64,000 nucleotides of DNA from Eubacteriales bacterium (GTDB lineage Bacteria; Bacillota; Clostridia; Oscillospirales; CAG-272): positions 17,614-81,613 of the forward strand of contig JAZQWO010000029.1 of assembly GCA_045632405.1 (NCBI GenBank). The letters are read 5' to 3'. Every line of letters starts with the position of its first letter. The stretch's first letter is position 1. Shown here piece by piece: positions 43,477-53,096 of the stretch. The notes beneath the pieces are model-generated. The model searched no databases. It worked only from the letters and a program-made list of their open reading frames with translations, and was not told where the DNA came from. The translations under genes and the position numbers were made by a program.

Positions 43477-45414
43477 ATGAGCAATAAATTGTTTTCATAT
43501 ACGATTATGCCTCTTGATGTTGCACATTTAGAGGAGATTTGTCAGGATATAAAGCAGCAACACGAAAAAGGAATAGCGTCAATGGCGCTTTTTAAAATGA
43601 CGTTAGTGCCCGAGGGCAATCCCCCTGCCGACAAGGTGACTATTCTTTGTAAGCAGTTTGCAAAATTCAAATCGCGCCTTGGAGAGATGGGCTTGAAATG
43701 TGGAATTTTGGTGCAGGCAACGGTCGGTCACGGTTGGATTTTGGGAGAAATGTTCCCGTATCAAACCCACGTAAATTTCACTGATGGAGTACCCACAAGA
43801 GTGGTGTGCCCTTGCGACCGCGACTTTTTGCAATTCCTATATAATGAAATGTCAATTATTGCAAAATATGAGCCTGACCACGTAATGATAGATGACGATT
43901 TGCGCACCATATGGTTTAAGGGTGAGGGCTGCGCCTGTCCGTTGCATATGGAAATGTTCAATAAGCGCGCAGGTACAAGCATTAGCAGAGAAGAGCTTTG
44001 GGAGATTGTCAACCAAAGAACAGAGCAAAGCAAAAAATTTACAGATATATTTGTTGAATGTCAAAAGGACTCTCTTGTAGAGGCGGCAAAAACTATCAGG
44101 GCAGGCTTTGACAGTGTCAATCCAAAGCTGCCTGCATCCTATTGTTGTTGCGGAAATAATGCAGAATTTGCATATGAAATATCGTCAATTTTGGCAGGCG
44201 AGGGTAATCCTGTAACTGTGCGAATAAACAACGGTAACTATACACCCCAGGGTGCAAGATATTTAAGCCGCGTTTTCCACCGTGCCGCTACACAAATTGC
44301 AAAGCTGAAGGGGCGCGTAGATGTTATCTTGGCAGAAACCGATACCTGTCCACAAAACCGATACAGTGTAAGCGCAAACGGTATGCACGCCCACTATACA
44401 GGCTCAATTTTAGAGGGTGTAAATGGAGCTAAGCATTGGATTACCCGATTGATGACTCACGAGCCCAAGAGCGGTGAAAAATATAGAGAAGTTTTAGCGA
44501 AAAACAGAGGCTTTTACGAAAAGCTTGCTGAAATACAGCCAGCTCTCAAGTGGCGCGGATGCAGAATTTTTGTGCCCTCAACTCCTGACTTTACATACGG
44601 CAGAGTAAAAGAGGAATGGGACGGCTGGAGCTATTGCGTGCTGGAAAAATTGGGCTTGCCAATGTATTATTCAGCGGAAAACGGTGGTGTTGTTTGCTTA
44701 GAGGGTGATGCAGATAGCAGGATGGATGACGCCGAGGTTTTGGAAATGCTCCGCGGTAATGTTATATTGGCGTCCGACACGGCAAAAAATTTGATTGACC
44801 GAGGATTTGGTAAATATCTTGGAGTTGACGTTCGTGAGTGGAACGGCAAGCAGCCTGTGCGTGAAATTTACAAAAGTGGAGAGTGCTCAGGTGTTCAAAT
44901 GCAAATCAAGGAGCTTGTTCCGTTGAGTGAAAAAACCATTGTAAATTCCAAGGCTTGCAACACCACGGATTATGAAAATTACGAGTATCTTTTCCCGGGA
45001 GTTACTGAATATGAAAATGAGCTCGGGGGACGCGTGTTTGTATTTTCGGGCACCCCTGTGGCTGAATTTCATCTGTCAACCGCCTTTTCATTCCTTAATT
45101 ATTCAAGAAAAGAGCAGCTGATTGATCTTATGAAAAAGACAGGAGAAATGCCTGTATATTATCCTAATGACGAAGAGGTATATTTCAAGGTGGCAGATAT
45201 GCCAAGTGGACAGGTCTTTTGTGCATTGTTTAATATAGGACTTGACCCCATAGAAAAGATTGAGCTTGTGTGTGATTTTGAGGCTAAGAGGTTTGAAGCT
45301 TTGATGCCAAGCGGCGACGTGAAGGAAATAAGCTATAGCAAGGAAAATGGCAGATACATATTAGATGCATCTGCGCAAATCCTTGACCCTGTGGTTATAT
45401 TTATAACAAAATAA
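43477..45414 (+). CDS. Hypothetical cytoplasmic protein, 645 aa
   Basis: Long ORF with a good RBS (GGAAAGGAAA). No signal peptide and no family recognised by eye. Confidence 0.6.
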   Translation: MSNKLFSYTIMPLDVAHLEEICQDIKQQHEKGIASMALFKMTLVPEGNPPADKVTILCKQFAKFKSRLGEMGLKCGILVQATVGHGWILGEMFPYQTHVNFTDGVPTRVVCPCDRDFLQFLYNEMSIIAKYEPDHVMIDDDLRTIWFKGEGCACPLHMEMFNKRAGTSISREELWEIVNQRTEQSKKFTDIFVECQKDSLVEAAKTIRAGFDSVNPKLPASYCCCGNNAEFAYEISSILAGEGNPVTVRINNGNYTPQGARYLSRVFHRAATQIAKLKGRVDVILAETDTCPQNRYSVSANGMHAHYTGSILEGVNGAKHWITRLMTHEPKSGEKYREVLAKNRGFYEKLAEIQPALKWRGCRIFVPSTPDFTYGRVKEEWDGWSYCVLEKLGLPMYYSAENGGVVCLEGDADSRMDDAEVLEMLRGNVILASDTAKNLIDRGFGKYLGVDVREWNGKQPVREIYKSGECSGVQMQIKELVPLSEKTIVNSKACNTTDYENYEYLFPGVTEYENELGGRVFVFSGTPVAEFHLSTAFSFLNYSRKEQLIDLMKKTGEMPVYYPNDEEVYFKVADMPSGQVFCALFNIGLDPIEKIELVCDFEAKRFEALMPSGDVKEISYSKENGRYILDASAQILDPVVIFITK

Positions 45415-45450
45415 CAAAGAACTCCGCCTGTTCAAGAGCGGAGTTCTTTG
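45413..45450. terminator. Bidirectional terminator hairpin
   Basis: CAAAGAACTCCGC / GCGGAGTTCTTTG, a 13-bp stem between convergent genes. Confidence 0.75.
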
Positions 45451-45453
45451 TTG

Positions 45454-46590
45454 TTAATTTTCAAGTGCCTCATATACTAATGTGCGGATAAGAGGCTGCA
45501 AAATAATATAGGAATATGAGCAATTAACCACACTCATACCGTAAAATAGTCCAACCCTGTTGGCTCTGTCCACCATAGAAAAGCATCCTGCCATACCATC
45601 CCAGCCGAATTCTCCAACGGAGGATTTTGAAAGAGAAAATATAGGATTGATGTGGACTCTGCCCCCAAGTCCCCAACCGTAGCCGTGGAGCCTGCCGTTT
45701 ACAAAATCACGCAGAGCCGCGGGGCAAAGGCGATTTACTTCCATTAGCTTAATTGTTTCTTCCTTGAGAAGACAATAGCCATCCTTTGTTGTGCCGCCAC
45801 AGGCAAGTGTGGTGACAAATTTGATGTAGTCCTCAGCACAGCTGAAAAGTCCCGCTCCGCCACTGTCGTAATTCTTGGTAAGAGTAAATTTGTTTTCTGT
45901 GGGAATAAGAACACTTGTTCCGTTTGAATTGTCATAGCAATATGTAGCGGTGAAGCGCTTTTTTTGCTCCTCTGTGGGTCGGTAGCCTGTATTATTCATA
46001 CCTAAAGGAGTCAAAATATACTTCTGCACATACTCGGAAAGTCTCATTCCGCTTGCCACCTCAATAACCGCGCCTAAGGCGTCGTGGCAAAAGCCGTATT
46101 GATATCTTGTGCCCGGCTCAAAATAGAGAGGAGTATCTGGAAAACTGCTAACAAGCTCAACCGTGCTAGCATCGGGATTTTTGGTAAATACCTTGCCGAG
46201 CGCTTCCATTTTTTCGTGGTCAGGACCAATTCCCCCTGTCATTGTAAAAAGATGCTCAACGGTCATTACAGTTTTGCAAGGCTTTGTACTTCCGTCAGGC
46301 TGACGGACAGTTAAATTTGCAAATGACGGAATATATTTTGAAACAGGATCGCTCAAGTTGATTTTGCCTTCCTCTACTAAGCGAAGAGCCGCCACACAGG
46401 TAATAACCTTGGTGGTAGAGAATAGCCAATAAAGGTCATCCTTTTCAAACGGCTTTTTCTGTTCAGAGTCAGAATAGCCTCCCCTGTGTCTGAAAACCTC
46501 TTGTCCATCCTTGGTTACAGCTAACTCGAAAAAAGGAATCCCACGCCCTGGCATTGTGTCAATAAGTCTTTTTACCTTAGAAAAATCCAT
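45454..46590 (-). CDS. Serine hydrolase, beta-lactamase (class C/PBP4-like) family
   Basis: S-x-x-K motif FSTTKVITCVAAL and a later YQYG block. ATG at 46590 follows GAGGTG. Confidence 0.75.
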   Translation of the reverse strand: MDFSKVKRLIDTMPGRGIPFFELAVTKDGQEVFRHRGGYSDSEQKKPFEKDDLYWLFSTTKVITCVAALRLVEEGKINLSDPVSKYIPSFANLTVRQPDGSTKPCKTVMTVEHLFTMTGGIGPDHEKMEALGKVFTKNPDASTVELVSSFPDTPLYFEPGTRYQYGFCHDALGAVIEVASGMRLSEYVQKYILTPLGMNNTGYRPTEEQKKRFTATYCYDNSNGTSVLIPTENKFTLTKNYDSGGAGLFSCAEDYIKFVTTLACGGTTKDGYCLLKEETIKLMEVNRLCPAALRDFVNGRLHGYGWGLGGRVHINPIFSLSKSSVGEFGWDGMAGCFSMVDRANRVGLFYGMSVVNCSYSYIILQPLIRTLVYEALEN

Positions 46591-46658
46591 TTTGCACCTC
46601 GAAAAAACTTTATATACTAATGTTACCATATCGAAGCTCAAAATGTCAATAGAAAATC

Positions 46659-46687
46659 AAAAAACGCACACCCTGTGTGCGTTTTTT
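46659..46687 (-). terminator. Terminator after the DagK-like gene
   Basis: CGCACAC cct GTGTGCG, flanked by A and T runs. Confidence 0.7.
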
Positions 46688-46693
46688 GTGCTT

Positions 46694-47599
46694 TTATGCC
46701 TCTTGATAAGCTTCTTCTTTTGCGTTACTTTGGCAATAGTCTGCAAGATTAACCTCATAAGAAGATACATCAAGAATTGTTTCGCCATCAATTTGCAATG
46801 CCACAGGACGATCGAACTCTACTGTGATGTGCTTTCCTTGGAAAACGGCAGTTGTTTTTGTTTTCTTGATATGCTCGCCCTTGAAAAGTGAAGGGAAGTG
46901 GATAAGCGTTCTCAATTTTCCCGTACCGAACATCAAAGCAACGGAAACGTGGTCGCATCTGTTCTCACGTCTTTGCTGCGGAGCAGGGAGCATTCCTCCA
47001 CCGTAGTAACGGCCAACCATTGTCGGTGCAATCCATACCTTTTTAAATTCGTATCTTTCACCGTCAACTGTAACAACCGCATTTGTTGGCTTGTAATGGA
47101 AAAGTAAGCCCTTTATGGCAATTGAGGTGTAGTTAATCTTCTTGGCAGAGGCATTGCGCAGCTTGTCGCCAACCTCGCAGCAATAGCCGTCAATACCAAA
47201 TCCAACTCCGTTTATAAAACGGTAGCTCTTGCCCTTAACAGTTGCTATCGGAAGATTTGTTATGTAGTTATTTAACTTGACAGGTCCATCCTCAGGTGTC
47301 TTTTCAAGGTCGCGCAAAAAGTCATTTCCTGAGCCTGTTGCATAATAAAGAATTTCGTTTTGTACATGCAAATCATATATTTCGTTGACAAAGCGGTTAA
47401 CTGTACCGTCGCCACCGCAAATAACAATTTTGTCGTCAGACGAAAGACTGTCGATAAACTCCTTGTGATTTTCGATGGACGTTATATCAACAAATTCAAT
47501 CATATCCTCGTTTGGAAAAAACTGAATAAGCTCGTGCGCCTTTTGCTCGCCAAGCTTGTTTGCGGAAAGAGGATTGAATAATGCGTATATTTTGCTCAT
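46694..47599 (-). CDS. Diacylglycerol/lipid kinase family protein (YegS/DagK-like)
   Basis: IVICGGDGTVNRFVN and ATGSGNDF motifs. ATG at 47599. Confidence 0.8.
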   Translation of the reverse strand: MSKIYALFNPLSANKLGEQKAHELIQFFPNEDMIEFVDITSIENHKEFIDSLSSDDKIVICGGDGTVNRFVNEIYDLHVQNEILYYATGSGNDFLRDLEKTPEDGPVKLNNYITNLPIATVKGKSYRFINGVGFGIDGYCCEVGDKLRNASAKKINYTSIAIKGLLFHYKPTNAVVTVDGERYEFKKVWIAPTMVGRYYGGGMLPAPQQRRENRCDHVSVALMFGTGKLRTLIHFPSLFKGEHIKKTKTTAVFQGKHITVEFDRPVALQIDGETILDVSSYEVNLADYCQSNAKEEAYQEA

Positions 47600-47672
47600 T
47601 TTGTTATTCCCCCAGAATAAATTCAAGTCATTATAATCAACAAAAATAAACTAAAACTAAACATTTTTTGCA

Positions 47673-48776
47673 CTAATTTGGTAAATCGGTAAATTGCTCC
47701 TGTGATTTCAACTTATTTCCTTGTAATTTTACAGTGAACGTTACAGCACCGTCTTCAGATGTAACATCAATGCTACCCTTGTGTAGCTCGAGTATTTTTT
47801 TCACAATAGCCAGTCCAATGCCGTTTCCTTCTGTTGAATGTGACAAATCGTCCTGATAGAATTTTTTGAAAATTTTTGCCTTGGCATCCTCTGAAATTTT
47901 AGTGCCGAAATTGGTTATTGAAACAGATATCACGCCGTTATTTTCGGTTGCACTCAAGATAATTGTGCTTCCGTTCTTTGAAAATTTTATGGCGTTGTCA
48001 ATTAAGTTTATCCATACCTGCTTCAAAAGCTCCTCGTTGGCGTTGACGCAGTATTCGTCAAGCTCCACCTGCAATTCAAGCTCCTTTTTGGACCACTTCG
48101 GCTCTAACAAAAGAAAGCAGGAGCGTATCTGCTCGGAAACGTTAAAGGATGACACGTCTGTCAAAATAGACTGGTTCTCAACCTTAGTCAAATTAAGCAC
48201 GTTTGTTGCCATGTATGAAAGACGCATAGATTCTTCCTCGATGGCAGAAAGATATTGATCCCTTTGCTCATCGGTCAAATTGCCTTTTTTCAAAAGCTTT
48301 GCAAAGCCTGCAATTGAAACGATAGGGGTTTTAAACTCGTGAGAAAAGTTATTTATAAAGTCGCTTCGTAGCATTTCTGTGTTTTTTAACTCCTCGGAAA
48401 GCTTGTTGAAAACCTCGGAAAGCTTGAGGAATGACGGTACTCGCTTGACAATCTCGTCAAAATCCACACGTGTACCGAAATTTCCGTTGGCAAGGCTGTT
48501 GATTTTAGATGTCATCATATTCATAGGACTTAGGAACATTTTGCTCACTATGATGGAAATGAGAGTTCCCAAAACCAAACTGCAAACCGCCATGAACACA
48601 ATGATGTGCCATGTCATTATTCCACTCTCGTCGGCAATGACTCCCAGCTCCACAAGAAGATAAGCCGCAAGAGAACAAAGACCCAAAACCACCACCAGCA
48701 CACCCAAAACAATGAGGGAGAAAACAAGGGTGAGACGTCTTATGTTTCTTTGGTCTCTTTTGTTAGTGTATTTCAT
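47673..48776 (-). CDS. Sensor histidine kinase
   Basis: Two N-terminal TM helices, H-box FSHEFKTPI and N/G boxes (NLIDNAIKFS, GNGIGLAIVKK). Confidence 0.9.
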   Translation of the reverse strand: MKYTNKRDQRNIRRLTLVFSLIVLGVLVVVLGLCSLAAYLLVELGVIADESGIMTWHIIVFMAVCSLVLGTLISIIVSKMFLSPMNMMTSKINSLANGNFGTRVDFDEIVKRVPSFLKLSEVFNKLSEELKNTEMLRSDFINNFSHEFKTPIVSIAGFAKLLKKGNLTDEQRDQYLSAIEEESMRLSYMATNVLNLTKVENQSILTDVSSFNVSEQIRSCFLLLEPKWSKKELELQVELDEYCVNANEELLKQVWINLIDNAIKFSKNGSTIILSATENNGVISVSITNFGTKISEDAKAKIFKKFYQDDLSHSTEGNGIGLAIVKKILELHKGSIDVTSEDGAVTFTVKLQGNKLKSQEQFTDLPN

Positions 48777-49447
48777 ATTTTCTTTACCGCCTTGTAACCA
48801 AGTCCACGCACCGCTTCAATCTGAAATTCGTCCCATCCCTCAAACTTTTTGCGGAGTCTGCCAATATGAACAGTGACAGTTTCCCATCCTGTTTCACTGT
48901 CTGCACCCCAAATTTCGTCCATTAGCTGTATGCGGGTGAAAATTTTTCCGGGGTAGGAGAGAAGCTTGAAAAGGAGCAGAAATTCCTTTTGCGGAAGCTC
49001 CACCTGCTCGCTTCCCCTTGAAACAGTCAACGAGTCGTAGTCAAGCACCACATCACCGATGACGATTTTGTGCTCGTTTGCAATTTTTGCACGTCTGAGT
49101 AGCGCCTTGATTCTATATAGCATTTCCTCGTCATCTATTGGCTTTATCATATAGTCGTCAGTACCTACCAAAAAGCCCTTGTGCTTGTCGGCAGGCAGCT
49201 GCTTTGCAGAAATCATAAGTATAGGCAGGTTGTTGTCACTGTCTCTGATTGCCTTTGTCAGCTCATAGCCGTCCATATTAGGCATCATAATGTCAAGCAC
49301 AATAAGGTCAATGTGCTCCTTGTCCATTATTCGGAGTGCTTGAACACCGTCGCTTGCAACGCTGACAGTGTAGCTGGCATTTTCCAAAACGGCTTTTAAG
49401 AATAGTCTGGTATTTTTATCGTCATCAACAACAAGAATGCGAAACAT
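48773..49447 (-). CDS. OmpR-family response regulator
   Basis: ILVVDDD...DLIVLDIMMP receiver domain and a winged-helix C-terminus (...VRGLGYK). Overlaps the kinase start by 4 nt. Confidence 0.92.
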   Translation of the reverse strand: MFRILVVDDDKNTRLFLKAVLENASYTVSVASDGVQALRIMDKEHIDLIVLDIMMPNMDGYELTKAIRDSDNNLPILMISAKQLPADKHKGFLVGTDDYMIKPIDDEEMLYRIKALLRRAKIANEHKIVIGDVVLDYDSLTVSRGSEQVELPQKEFLLLFKLLSYPGKIFTRIQLMDEIWGADSETGWETVTVHIGRLRKKFEGWDEFQIEAVRGLGYKAVKKI

Positions 49448-49701
49448 AAGGTCTCCTTTGCATAAAAATCTACAAGGGTATTTTATCACAGAGTCGCAAA
49501 ATAATCAACATTAAACTTAATTTGTCAAAAACAGTACCGTGATTTTTATTGAACGTGAAGAAAAAACGACACCACACTTCAAGCAATTCACCGTTTCGAC
49601 ACATAGTTTGCACAAAGTTTACATTTTTGTGTAAATATGTGTTGACTAATTGAACACTGTATGATAAAATACTTAATATTATATTGAAAGGAGGACCAAT
49701 A

Positions 49702-51189
49702 ATGGGTGAGGGATTTATTCGTTTAAAGAAAATTAACTTTATCGACGCCTTAGTGAAGGCTTTGCTTGCTTTTGTCAGCGTCACCCTGCTTGTTGTTGCT
49801 ACCTTCCTGATAGTTATTCACCAAAGTAACTCTGATTTCAAGGTTATTTTTGCCGTGTTTATCGGTGTTGCTTCGGGTTTGCTTTTGGGATTTTTGACAT
49901 TTTTTATTTTTCGTTTGAGTGATAAAAGGCTGGCAGAAAGGCTTGACCGTGGCTTGGGCTTAAAGGAAAAGGTTCAAACCATGTATGCCTTTCGCAACGA
50001 AGAAGGAGGACTCAAGGACCTTCAAAGAGAGGATGCACAGGCACTACTCAGTAAGCAAGCCGTTTCAATAGGCAAGCTTTTTAAACGTTGGATTGCGTTT
50101 ATAATTGCGTTCGTTGTTGCGGTGGCTTATTTCAGTGCTGCTATGGTGCTTTTCTTGAAGGAAGAGCCTGTGACACCGCCTGATAACATTGTGGATGACC
50201 CCAATGAGAACGTGCCGCCTGTTGTTGAGGAATTTGAGCCAACAGACCATCAAAAGAAGGCTCTTGAGGAGTTGATTGCTTATGTTGAGGCATCGCTGCT
50301 TCAGTCAGATGCGAAAGTGCAGGTCGTTGCCATATTGCGTGAGCTTCTTGACAATATGGACACACTTGGCACAGATACCGAGATGCGTGACTACGTTGTC
50401 AATGTTATCAAGCAGGTTAGAGGAATAGTTAATGCGGTTAACACCACATTCGCGTTCCGTATGAGCTCAGGCAACAGTAAGAACGATAATATGAAGGCAT
50501 TTAGCTTTGCGCTATATAGCTTAGACCTCAACATGATTGAGAGCGAGGTTGAAAATCTTACAACCGCGTTGTTTGACGGTACAAGCCGTGATGAAATTGC
50601 AAGCTTCAAGGATGAGCTTGGCGCAGTTTTGAATTCGGAGCAGTTTAAGGACAAGGGTGAGCTCTTTGAACTAATTAAGGGGCTTTACAATACCTTGGCA
50701 GACATTTCCGACCATCCGGATTATTCCGATGCAAATGTTATCCGCAAGCTCAATGATGCCTTGACAGGCACTCTTATGACAGGACTTAAACAGTTGATTC
50801 CGCTTCAAAAGAACAACGAGGACGTTAAGGTTTATGCTGTTGAAGAGCTTATGCGAATCTTCGGTATTACCGAGATGGATTTGCAGGAGCGTAAGGACGA
50901 GGAGGGCAGCCTTGAAACCGAGGAGCCTGAGGAAAGACCTGAGGAGGGTGATGACGGTGGCTTCGGCTTAGGTGATACACTTTTCGGCAGCAATGATTTG
51001 GTAATTGACCCAACAAAGGACCCTGGCAACGATGTTGATAGCATTTGGGTAGAATATGGCGACATTATCTTTAAAAACGGTTATGACCAAAAGCTGACTG
51101 ACCTTTTGGTAAATGGTGAGCTTAGCGAGGAGCTGAAGCAGCTTTTGGAAAAATATTTTGAAATACTTGAAACCCCCGGCGATAAATAA
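49702..51189 (+). CDS. Membrane protein with a long acidic helical C-terminal domain, unknown function
   Basis: ATG at 49702 follows AAGGAGGA. Three predicted TM helices, then a Glu/Asp-rich region. The MoxR gene follows 20 nt downstream. Confidence 0.6.
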   Translation: MGEGFIRLKKINFIDALVKALLAFVSVTLLVVATFLIVIHQSNSDFKVIFAVFIGVASGLLLGFLTFFIFRLSDKRLAERLDRGLGLKEKVQTMYAFRNEEGGLKDLQREDAQALLSKQAVSIGKLFKRWIAFIIAFVVAVAYFSAAMVLFLKEEPVTPPDNIVDDPNENVPPVVEEFEPTDHQKKALEELIAYVEASLLQSDAKVQVVAILRELLDNMDTLGTDTEMRDYVVNVIKQVRGIVNAVNTTFAFRMSSGNSKNDNMKAFSFALYSLDLNMIESEVENLTTALFDGTSRDEIASFKDELGAVLNSEQFKDKGELFELIKGLYNTLADISDHPDYSDANVIRKLNDALTGTLMTGLKQLIPLQKNNEDVKVYAVEELMRIFGITEMDLQERKDEEGSLETEEPEERPEEGDDGGFGLGDTLFGSNDLVIDPTKDPGNDVDSIWVEYGDIIFKNGYDQKLTDLLVNGELSEELKQLLEKYFEILETPGDK

Positions 51190-51208
51190 AGAATAAGAGG
51201 ACAAAAAA

Positions 51209-52201
51209 ATGATGCAAAATAATCAAGAAATAGCACAAAAGGTAAAAATGTTCAGCGAAGCAGTTGCAAAAATCAAGACAGAGCTTCGCAAGGACGTTGT
51301 AGGTCAAGATGAGATTGTTGATAATGTTATTATTGCAATTATCGCTGGCGGTAACGTTCTTTTGGAGGGTGTTCCTGGCGTTGGTAAAACACGTTTGGTT
51401 CGTTCACTCGGTAGAGTTCTCAGCCTTCCATTCTCAAGAATTCAGTTCACACCCGACCTTATGCCATCTGACGTTACAGGTACTAATGTAATCGAAAAGG
51501 ATGAAAACGGCAAAATGGTTAGCACCTTCCGCAAGGGTCCTATTTTTGCTAACCTTGTTTTGGCAGATGAAATTAACCGTGCAACTCCAAAGACACAGTC
51601 TGCTATGCTTGAGGTAATGCAGGAGCACAAGATCACTGTTGGTAACGACAGATATACTCTTGACGAGCCATTCTTCGTTCTTGCAACAGAGAACCCAATC
51701 GAGCAGGACGGTACATACCCACTTCCAGAAGCTCAGATGGACCGTTTCGTGTTCAAGCTTTTGATGCAGTTCCCAAGCGAAAATGAGCTTGTGGGCATTG
51801 TTAATATGACACAGATAACACTTGACGAAACCGCTGAGGCAGTGGTTGACGGCAAGACAATTATGGAAATGAGAAAGCTCGCATCCAAAGTGCCAGTTAT
51901 CGACGAGGTAGTAAGATATGCTGCAAGACTTGTTTCCAACACACACCCAGAGCTTGACTCCTGTGCATCAGCTAAGAAGTACGTTAAATACGGTGCATCC
52001 CCTCGTGCGGCACAGGCATTGATTACCTGCGCTAAGGTAAGAGCCCTTATCAACGGCAAGTACAATGTTTCAATGGAAGATATTGACGCGCTTGCTTGTC
52101 CAGTTTTCAGACACAGGATTAAGATCAACTATACAGCAGTAAATGAAAAGAACACTGTTGACGATGTTATCAAGATGATCGTTAAGGAAACAAAGAAATA
52201 A
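51209..52201 (+). CDS. MoxR-family AAA+ ATPase
   Basis: Walker A GVPGVGKT, Walker B LADEINRA, ...ATENPIEQDGTYPLPEAQMDRF. Confidence 0.93.
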   Translation: MMQNNQEIAQKVKMFSEAVAKIKTELRKDVVGQDEIVDNVIIAIIAGGNVLLEGVPGVGKTRLVRSLGRVLSLPFSRIQFTPDLMPSDVTGTNVIEKDENGKMVSTFRKGPIFANLVLADEINRATPKTQSAMLEVMQEHKITVGNDRYTLDEPFFVLATENPIEQDGTYPLPEAQMDRFVFKLLMQFPSENELVGIVNMTQITLDETAEAVVDGKTIMEMRKLASKVPVIDEVVRYAARLVSNTHPELDSCASAKKYVKYGASPRAAQALITCAKVRALINGKYNVSMEDIDALACPVFRHRIKINYTAVNEKNTVDDVIKMIVKETKK

Positions 52202-52211
52202 GGGTAAAATA

Positions 52212-53096
52212 ATGAAAAGAACAATAATCAACGAGGAGTTTTTGCAACAGGTCGAGGCATTACAGACCCTTATCAAAAACAATGTTGCAGGCTTGTTCGG
52301 CGGTACACACCAAAGTAAAACCTTTGGCTCCTCCTGCGAGTTTGCGGATTATCGTGATTATGTTCCCGGTGACGATATTACAAAAATAGACTGGAATGTA
52401 TATGCCCGCTTTGATAAGCTTTATCAAAAGCTTTATCTTGACGAGCGTCAGATGCACACAAAGATATACATCGATGCCAGCCGTTCTATGGAATACGGTA
52501 GAGCCGATAAGGCAGAGCAGGCGCTCCGTCTTGCCGCAACAATTGCCTATATTTCCTTGAATGAAATGGACAAGGTATCCGTTTATGCTATACGAGAAAA
52601 AGAGGTTGTCAGTGTTATCTCAGGTATGGTAGGTAAGGACTCCTTCGTTGGCGAGATTGGCAAGCTGAATGAGGTTGAATTCAGTGGCGACAGCCATATC
52701 AGTGAGGCAATTGTGCCCACAAGCGTTGGCTACGGCGACGGTATGTCTATCATCATCTCCGACTTCTTGACTGACAATGATTATGAAAATGCAATTAATC
52801 ATATGGCGGACAAGAAAAGAGATGTGTTCTGCATTCAGGTTTTATCACCGGATGAGCTTAATCCGAAAATCAGAGGTAAGGTTCATCTTTATGACTCTGA
52901 AAATGTTGAAAGAACTTACAGAAAAAATATTAAAAAGGATGTTATGCGAGCATATAGAGAAGCGCTCGAATATGTGACAAGCAGAATTGAAAATGTTTGC
53001 GCATCAAGAGGAGCGAGCTACCTACTCGCATCCTCCGAGGACCAAATAGGGGAAATCTTCTTTGGTAAGCTTGTTGAGAGGGAGGTGTTGAAATGA
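52212..53096 (+). CDS. DUF58 domain protein
   Basis: FADYRDYVPGDDITKIDWNVYAR hallmark; the canonical partner of MoxR. Confidence 0.88.
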   Translation: MKRTIINEEFLQQVEALQTLIKNNVAGLFGGTHQSKTFGSSCEFADYRDYVPGDDITKIDWNVYARFDKLYQKLYLDERQMHTKIYIDASRSMEYGRADKAEQALRLAATIAYISLNEMDKVSVYAIREKEVVSVISGMVGKDSFVGEIGKLNEVEFSGDSHISEAIVPTSVGYGDGMSIIISDFLTDNDYENAINHMADKKRDVFCIQVLSPDELNPKIRGKVHLYDSENVERTYRKNIKKDVMRAYREALEYVTSRIENVCASRGASYLLASSEDQIGEIFFGKLVEREVLK

